Below are positions 58,012 to 64,000 of a stretch of DNA of 64,000 nt, piece after piece. Where the stretch lies: assembly GCA_029260235.1 (NCBI GenBank), contig JAJDDP010000080.1:26922-90921 (forward strand). The letters run 5' to 3'. How positions within the stretch are numbered: position 1 is the first letter of the stretch; each line of letters begins with the position of its first letter. Origin of the DNA: Phycisphaerae bacterium (GTDB lineage: Bacteria > Planctomycetota > Phycisphaerae > UBA1845). The position numbers and the translations under genes were made by a program. The notes under the pieces were generated by a model. That model was not told the origin of the DNA and ran no database searches. It worked only from the letters and a program-made list of their open reading frames with translations.

Positions 58012-59244
58012 TCAAATCCTTCCGGTATGCACTTCGATCTGCCACTTGGGAGACAACTCGGTAAGTGTGCGTGCCAACGCCCCTGCAACCAGCGGACGGG
58101 TTTGGCAAATAGCATCCGCACAACCCGCTTGAGAAAGCTCGACGGTCGCCCGATTTTGATTGGCATTGATGACCAACTGCCCGCCGCGCGAAATCGGATA
58201 GTCACAGCAGGCAGCATATTTCTTGTAGACGATTCGTCGATCGGTCAACACCAATCCTGCCAAGCCAGTATCAGCCCGGCCGAAGTCTTCGTCCGAATAG
58301 AAACCGAGGAATCTCTCGTCACTTTGCTTGGTGAACCAAGTCGAAACGCGCGTCCGCACCACAAAGGGGAGATTCTCCCATTGGTTGTCTTTTTGTTGCC
58401 GCCGGGCAATGAGCAGTCGTTGATAGCCCGGCTCACCCCTGCCACCATTGTTGCGATAGAAGTCCAAAGCCACCGTGAGATTCGCGATGCAGACTTGGCA
58501 ATAATCGAGGCCTGACTCTGTTCGCAGGTGCGTCTTCACGGCACCAATCGGGCTGCAATTGCTGCAAACACTGTACGGGAACGGATTGCTGAACGGCTTG
58601 GGCAAGACCACGACCGGCTCTAGATTCTTAAACCAGCTATCCGGATCAGCCGCCATCAGCTTGTCCACACTGCGGACGACCCGATTCTCTGCCTCTTGCA
58701 GAAGTAGGGCTTCTTTGCGCGGCAGTTTGTCGCCCCAAATCAACATATGCAGGGACAAGTCCCGAGGATTCAAACATAGGCTGCACCGGTGCGGGAAAGA
58801 GGCGCGCAAATCATCTTCCAAGAGCAGCGCCACCGGAAACTCGAAGCATGCCCCCTCTTTGTCCACGCGCACGAACCGAATGCGAGGTTCGCTGGGTGGA
58901 GCGGCTCTGCGCCACTTGGCTGAGGTCGGGGCCGCTTGCCCACGCGGAGCTTCGAAGATGCTGGTGCCGCCCATGACACTGGTTCCGGCAGCATCTGCTT
59001 GGGATATCCAGCCACACACGGTGTCGTCGTCTACCTGCACTTCGGCATCTAACTTGAATCGCTGGCCGCACCGTTTGCACACGGCGCGCATACCCAGCTT
59101 GCCCGGCGCAACCCGGTACTTCTGCATGCAGTTTGGGCAGACGATGACTGAGAATTCAGACACAGGTACCGGTCTCCGTTGAAGACGTTCGGAGGGAGAC
59201 GGCTCGAACAAGACCGGCAAGCCTCCTGCTCGCCGACTCTCCAT
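58012..59244 (-). CDS. Hypothetical protein with N-terminal MJ0042-type zinc ribbon
   Basis: CPNCMQKYRV...CKRCGQRF forms a CxxC...CxxC ribbon. The remainder has Cys-rich and PH-like (LVLTDRRIVYKKY) segments. No family recognised. Confidence 0.5.
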   Translation of the reverse strand: MESRRAGGLPVLFEPSPSERLQRRPVPVSEFSVIVCPNCMQKYRVAPGKLGMRAVCKRCGQRFKLDAEVQVDDDTVCGWISQADAAGTSVMGGTSIFEAPRGQAAPTSAKWRRAAPPSEPRIRFVRVDKEGACFEFPVALLLEDDLRASFPHRCSLCLNPRDLSLHMLIWGDKLPRKEALLLQEAENRVVRSVDKLMAADPDSWFKNLEPVVVLPKPFSNPFPYSVCSNCSPIGAVKTHLRTESGLDYCQVCIANLTVALDFYRNNGGRGEPGYQRLLIARRQQKDNQWENLPFVVRTRVSTWFTKQSDERFLGFYSDEDFGRADTGLAGLVLTDRRIVYKKYAACCDYPISRGGQLVINANQNRATVELSQAGCADAICQTRPLVAGALARTLTELSPKWQIEVHTGRI

Positions 59245-59423
59245 TTTATCCGTCTTTCAAGCCGATGGTCAACCGACGGCTTCGCTGATGACTTCACAGC
59301 AATTAGGGCGATGTTGAATCTGGAGAATGGCGTTCCTAGTATATGGTGGTTGCCTGATGGTTGGATCAGCCCGTCTCTTGATTCACAGTTTGTTTATCAT
59401 CCTACGCGAAAGAAATACCATCC

Positions 59424-60086
59424 ATGGCCCGAATGCTCATTCTTCATCCCGAACGTCCTGCTCGCAAACAGCTTGAGAAGCAAATGGCTGTCCGCCATGA
59501 AGTCAATGTCGCTTCAAATGCCCGGGGAGCGATCCGCAGCTTGATCAACGACAAACCCCAAATCATTCTGGCCGGGACCGATGCCAAGAAGATGGACGCC
59601 TATGAACTGCTTCGCCATCTGCAACAAGAGCAGATCAATACACCGACCATCGTGGTATCGCCTGCCAGCGGAGGAAAATACCAGTCCGTCGCCATGAAAC
59701 TCGGTGCAGTTGCCTTCCTCGAATACCCCATCGAAGAAGAAACACTGAACGAAACAGTGACGAGAATCTTAGCCAACGGTTTCGCCCAGAAAGGCAAGCA
59801 ACCACCCATCACCCAAGAGGAACTCGATTCGAACCTCACCGAACTTGAAGCCAAACTCAATCGCCACATGAAGTGCTTTGCCGGCAAGAACCAAGTATAT
59901 ATCAATTCGTTCATTCTCGGCGGCGGACAAAAATCAAAACCACGAATAGCCTTGAAATGCTCACTCCGGCAGCAATACAGCCAACCCCCCAACGTCTACT
60001 ACGAATATGTGCGCGATGTATGCTGCGGCAACCCAACCAGCTGCAGCGCCCACCAGCGGTTCAACGAAGAGCACCCCGAGCGATAA
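59424..60086 (+). CDS. Pseudo-receiver (REC-like) domain protein with Cys-containing C-terminal extension
   Basis: The beta-alpha pattern is collinear with CheY, but key residues are replaced. The acidic pair reads HPE. By alignment of MDAYELL with MDGLELL, the phospho-acceptor position falls on G in IILAGTD. The conserved Lys position reads Y (LEYP). Confidence 0.5.
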   Translation: MARMLILHPERPARKQLEKQMAVRHEVNVASNARGAIRSLINDKPQIILAGTDAKKMDAYELLRHLQQEQINTPTIVVSPASGGKYQSVAMKLGAVAFLEYPIEEETLNETVTRILANGFAQKGKQPPITQEELDSNLTELEAKLNRHMKCFAGKNQVYINSFILGGGQKSKPRIALKCSLRQQYSQPPNVYYEYVRDVCCGNPTSCSAHQRFNEEHPER

Positions 60087-60520
60087 GCCACCTACCCCAT
60101 AAAGACAACTTGAATCACGGAGGCAGAGAGGCCACGGAGAACTGCCAATCAAGTGGTGCGCAGGTGCCCCGTCCTTGAGCGAAGCGGTAGGGTGGGGGAC
60201 TCACAAAACTCCAAACCGCAGCGCAGCCTTATGACCGCCTTTGGAAGAATCTTGCTGCGAAAATCAGCAATTCAGCGTGAGTAGTACGGAGGCACGAAGA
60301 ACACATGATCGCGGAAGTTTGCTACCTCTCGCCTTGCCGTTCTTAGTGACCTTGGTGTCTTTGTAGTTCAAGGTCTTGGTTGATCTCTGCATGACAAATC
60401 CACGGACAGCTATTTAGTTCTCTGAATATTGTTGCCGCCGAAGACTGCGATGTATATTGGTGGTTTACTGCTCCTGGCTGTGGGTTGACTTGGCGTTGTT
60501 CTAGGCAGTGCTCGGGCCCT

Positions 60521-61204
60521 CTAGGCGACGTCGCCGATAGTTGCCAGCAGCGGAAACCAGAGGCTCGTCTTCTTGCGGTGGATGTTGGTCAAATTGGCCT
60601 TGCTAAAGTAATCGTGGATGCGCGGCCACGGAGCATGGTGGACGTCCTTTTCGATGGCTGTGATGACGACGTCGAACACGAACCAGCCGATCACATTATC
60701 GCGGAACCCATCAATCAGAATCAGCCGCCCACCGGGTTTGAGGATCCGCCGCATCTCCAAAACGACCTCCTGCTGATTGGGGTAGTGATGAAACGAGTTC
60801 GAGCAGGTGACCACATCGAAGGATGCGTCGGCAATTGGCAGGTGCTCGCTGTCCCCTGCCAAAAAGGATGCCCGGTCAAGGAGGCCTGCCTTCTCGGCTT
60901 TCTGCCTTGCCTCGGCACACATAGCCGGGGCGAAATCAAGCCCCGTCGCCTTGACGGGCCAAGATGAGCTTGCCAAGAGACCCGCAACCGTTCCAGTGCC
61001 ACACCCAATGTCGAGCACCGAAAATGAAGCCGGCCGCCGGAGGCGATACCAATCGCCGATCTCCTCCATCAGCATCATGTAAGAAGGCGTAAACAGGAAA
61101 TGGTGGAGCAATGACTGATCGTAAGTGGCTGCCCACGCCTCAAACTCACGATGGGCCTGCGCTTTGGCCCTCGCTGAATCCAATCCAGTGCCGAGTTGAG
61201 TCAC
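60521..61204 (-). CDS. Class I SAM-dependent methyltransferase
   Basis: Motif I VLDIGCGTG. Post-I/II blocks: GLDFAPAM, FDVVTCSNSFHHY. Motif III: LKPGGRLIL. Confidence 0.85.
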   Translation of the reverse strand: MTQLGTGLDSARAKAQAHREFEAWAATYDQSLLHHFLFTPSYMMLMEEIGDWYRLRRPASFSVLDIGCGTGTVAGLLASSSWPVKATGLDFAPAMCAEARQKAEKAGLLDRASFLAGDSEHLPIADASFDVVTCSNSFHHYPNQQEVVLEMRRILKPGGRLILIDGFRDNVIGWFVFDVVITAIEKDVHHAPWPRIHDYFSKANLTNIHRKKTSLWFPLLATIGDVA

Positions 61205-61451
61205 AGAAAGGAAAACATCACTAGCGGGGACAGTTCAAACGTAGGGGGCAGCCGCTAAACACCGCACGCTCGTTTCGCCAAACTTGACCCAGCGGAACGA
61301 GCGCCAAAAATAGCCCGGGCGCCGCCAAGACGCAACCCAGGCCCAAGCGGTGCTTAGTCGATTGAGCTATTTTCTTGAATGGCGACCTCCCGGATTTGGG
61401 AGGCCCCCATGCGCACCGCCAAAGATGCGCAAGCCGTCTAAAATGGTAGGA

Positions 61452-61736
61452 CTACAATTCGCCAAGCTCTTGGTTCAGGCGGTCGATCGTGCCATCAATA
61501 CGTGCAGGAGTCTCGAACGATCCTTGCTCGATCTCAGCCCGGAGGCGGGCTATCTTCTCGACCCGAATCTCAGGAATATCGCGCAACTCAGCCAGCAAGA
61601 CGCCGACTTCTGAAATTTCAACTTGGTCACGAGGCGCCCGATAATCGACCTGTGCAGGGCCATCGCTGCCATGTGGCCTCTTGGGTGCTACTGGCTGAAT
61701 TGGATGCGTGCCGTTCAGGCCACTAATTTCGCTCAT
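61452..61736 (-). CDS. flgM: Anti-sigma-28 factor FlgM-like protein
   Basis: 94 aa. The disordered N-terminus and the C-terminal block IPEIRVEKIARLRAEIEQGSFETPARIDGTIDRL match the FlgM pattern. Confidence 0.6.
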   Translation of the reverse strand: MSEISGLNGTHPIQPVAPKRPHGSDGPAQVDYRAPRDQVEISEVGVLLAELRDIPEIRVEKIARLRAEIEQGSFETPARIDGTIDRLNQELGEL

Positions 61737-62523
61737 TGAGTCATCACCCCCTTACGTTCTCGGTTTATCAAGTTCATCCGCGCTTGAAATCAGGACACAC
61801 ATAAAGGCTGTTCCAGCTGCGCAATTTTTTGCGCTCAACCCTGTTGAGACCAGATCCCGGCTGTCGTGCTCCACAGATGCAACGACAACAACCGGTACGA
61901 GGCCTCCCGGCTCACGCATTCATCCTTGAAACGCGGTTGAGGTTTGGGGCGGGCTTTTCTGCGTTGATATCCGGGCCGCTCCTCGGCCCGATCCTCCTAC
62001 TTCCAACGTCCGATTATTGTATCGTCCCCAAGGCTAGAATCCCTTGAACGATTCTGGCCAAATCGTCGCCAAACGGCTCAGCGGAACCCCTAGATATGGG
62101 GAGGCGATTCGCCCGCACGCCATATGTGGGCGATGAGATTCAGCTCTTCTTCATAACCTGCTAGAGAGCAACGGATTACGCCGCAACATCTCAAGAATTC
62201 CCAGCATTAGGAGGCCACCTTTATGGAAGGCAGAATTGGCCACATCGGTCCGATAACCATAGGCAGTGGATCGGTTCTTGGCTGGCGGCCATCGGCGTAA
62301 GACCGCCAAGCTATTTTCAAGCTGCGAGTCAGAACCCCTCAGGGCGTTCTGGCGTTCAATTCAGGGCTTGCTAGGACCAGATGGCGATTCGGCCCTAATC
62401 CGCAAACTGGCCCGTCCCGATACACAGGTACGAACAAAACCTCCCCGCCCAACATCCGGCAAGCATCCCGAATTGGGTCGGTGCCGCTTGCTGGCATGCG
62501 CCTTTGAGGCTGGAATCGACAAA

Positions 62524-63831
62524 ATGCCCGACGAGATCAATGCTCCGCGCCAGGCCAAAGAAGAACAGCGAGTTGATCCAGGAAGTCTTAAGTTGAAGAA
62601 CAAGACGCCCTCCCCTACCAAGAACCCGCGGCAGGAATCGATCCTGCCAAGTGACCAATTCCTGGCCAACATTAGCCACGAACTCCGCGCGCCACTGGTA
62701 GGCATTTTGGGCTTGAGTGAACTGCTCTTCAAGACGTCACTCAACAGTGAGCAAGTTCCACACCTGGAGTCGATACGTCGGCAGTCTAAGCGACTGCTTT
62801 CGCTGGTGAACAACTTGCTGGACATGTCCAAGCTCGAAGCGGGACAGCTGCGCACGGAGGAAGCGCCCTTCGATCTCGACCAGGTGATGCAAGAGGCCTT
62901 GGCTACGACAGTGTTCCAAACACCTAATGCGGACATCGACGTCGTACTATCCATTGAACCCGATGTGCCTCTTGCTTTGATTGGCGATTCTCAGCGTGTG
63001 CTACAGGTCTTGATCAACCTCATAGCCAATGCCCGCAAATTCACGGAGCAGGGAAGCATCGAAATATCCGCAACTCTTCGCTCGCAAAGAGAGAGTGTTG
63101 CCAGCCTTCGATTCGTGGTGTGCGATTCTGGCATCGGTATCGCCGCGCATGAGTTGGAATCGATTTTCGATCCATTCGCCCAGGCAGCTAGCACGAGGAC
63201 TCGTAACTTCGGCGGTACGGGCTTGGGGCTGTCCATTTGCAAACATATCGTCGAGCAGATGGGCGGTCACATCTGGGCTGATAGTACGCTAGGCCAAGGG
63301 AGTCGGTTTTGCTTTGAGATTAGCTGTCGAATTCAAGATCTCCCCGACCGGGGTAGTAGTAGCCGGGACGACAGGGCAATCAACAAGCGAGAGCTCAAAC
63401 CCTTGCGGATACTATTGGCCGATGACGATCCCATCAGCCAAACCGTGCTCAGTGGTTACCTTGAGGAGATGGGCCACACGGTTTGGATTGCCCACAACGG
63501 GCAGGAAGCTGTAGACGCCCATGCCCTAGGCAGATTCGACATGATCCTGATGGACCTTCAGATGCCAATTAAGGGTGGGCTTGAAGCCGCAGAGGCCATC
63601 CGCGATGCCCAGCCGGAGCAGGGCGCGCAAGTGCCGATCATCATCCTGTCCGCCTCAACGAGGCCCGCAGAATCAAACCGATGTCAGGCTGGCACCGTGG
63701 ACGGATATCTGCTCAAGCCCATCGACCCATCTGTGCTCCATGAAACCCTAGTCAAGCACTTGCCAGAATCGGATGCCAGCGCCTCTTGGCAGTTGCGAAA
63801 TCTTGATCGTGAATGCAGCACGCTTGACTAA
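62524..63831 (+). CDS. Hybrid histidine kinase (HisKA-HATPase-REC) without recognisable sensor or TM domain
   Basis: Start taken at MPDEINAP (ORF track: 62266). H-box FLANISHELRAPL, N-box INLIANARKF, G-boxes DSGIGI and GTGLGLSICK. REC domain: ILLADDD...MILMDLQMPIKGG...KP. Confidence 0.85.
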   Translation: MPDEINAPRQAKEEQRVDPGSLKLKNKTPSPTKNPRQESILPSDQFLANISHELRAPLVGILGLSELLFKTSLNSEQVPHLESIRRQSKRLLSLVNNLLDMSKLEAGQLRTEEAPFDLDQVMQEALATTVFQTPNADIDVVLSIEPDVPLALIGDSQRVLQVLINLIANARKFTEQGSIEISATLRSQRESVASLRFVVCDSGIGIAAHELESIFDPFAQAASTRTRNFGGTGLGLSICKHIVEQMGGHIWADSTLGQGSRFCFEISCRIQDLPDRGSSSRDDRAINKRELKPLRILLADDDPISQTVLSGYLEEMGHTVWIAHNGQEAVDAHALGRFDMILMDLQMPIKGGLEAAEAIRDAQPEQGAQVPIIILSASTRPAESNRCQAGTVDGYLLKPIDPSVLHETLVKHLPESDASASWQLRNLDRECSTLD

Positions 63832-63844
63832 ACCAGAGCCGATT

Positions 63845-64000
63845 ATGGGCATCATTGATGAGAACGCCTTCCTCGCCAGGTTTGCATCCAGACCCGACCT
63901 GCAGCGGCGGGCCATCCTGGCCTTCATTGCCCAGGCCCCGGGTCTGCTCGACCACCTTCGAGAAGCCATGGCTGGGGAGGACCCTCAAACCGTGTCCAGG
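63845..64000 (+). CDS. HPt (histidine phosphotransfer) domain protein, N-terminal fragment
   Basis: Not in the ORF track because it runs off the window. MGIIDENAFLARFASRPDLQRRAILAFIAQAPGLLDHLREAMAGEDPQTVSR fits the region preceding the HxxKG helix of HPt domains. It starts 14 nt after the hybrid kinase stop. Confidence 0.5.
   Translation, partial: MGIIDENAFLARFASRPDLQRRAILAFIAQAPGLLDHLREAMAGEDPQTVSR

Noticed and set aside
60264-60392. 42-codon minus-strand ORF MQRSTKTLNYKDTKVTKNGKARGSKLPRSCVLRASVLLTLNC
   Set aside because: It has a low-complexity Lys/Thr-rich sequence spanning an inverted repeat and no SD. It looks like a by-product of a repeat or hairpin element rather than a gene.
61800-61834. 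Sigma-54-like string CTGGAACAGCCTTTATG (minus strand) and possible sigma-28 promoter upstream of flgM
   Set aside because: The -12 element is TTAT rather than TTGC, so the GC dinucleotide is missing. No TAAA-N15-GCCGATAA-type sigma-28 match exists at correct spacing (ACCGAGAA only partially matches the -10 element).
1-64000. CRISPR arrays, transposases/integrases, prophage genes, rRNA and tRNA genes
   Set aside because: I scanned for regularly spaced direct repeats, tRNA T-arm strings (GGTTCGAATCC and variants, both strands) and transposase/integrase-like ORFs, and found none. A tRNAscan-SE/Infernal run would be the definitive check.

Overview
GC-rich, densely coding chromosomal window with about 55 protein-coding genes and one clear RNA gene. 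The gene content suggests a Planctomycetota-like genome, but this is inference only: a DUF1573 protein, a PEP-CTERM protein, dockerin-like repeats, a PmoA-like protein, HDOD, Ser/Thr-kinase/FHA signalling, many lipobox or signal-peptide proteins, and GTGA/ATGA coupled operons. Recognisable housekeeping and transport blocks are speB, ribBA, pepE, an acyl-CoA dehydrogenase, mlaE-F-D, modA-B-C, a HlyD/ABC/2xFtsX (MacAB/Lol-like) operon, and a P1B-type ATPase next to a VIT-family gene. A bacterial type-A RNase P RNA lies on the minus strand at about 39338-39752, so the ORF-track ORFs across it are artefacts. I saw no rRNA, tRNA, CRISPR array, transposase or integrase. The most interesting observations are these. 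(1) An apparent minus-strand operon at 1-5177 encodes a dedicated Hsp70, a J-domain protein carrying two FHA domains, and a CHASE2-type sensor Ser/Thr kinase; this could be a phosphothreonine-directed chaperone module. (2) A mutagenesis-type cassette at 40314-45261 has dnaE2 preceded by a catalytically intact DinB-like Y-family polymerase and a UmuD-like S24 peptidase, rather than canonical ImuB/ImuA. (3) A promoter- and terminator-bounded, highly structured candidate sRNA (about 23716-23945) sits in an 870-nt gene-free gap. (4) An 865-aa fusion protein combines three peptidoglycan-active domains. (5) A NucS/PD-(D/E)xK-type nuclease and an ADP-ribosylglycohydrolase lie directly downstream of rnpB. 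All coordinates come from the ORF track or from manual indexing of the printed sequence. Family calls rest on motifs I could read in the translations, not on database searches.
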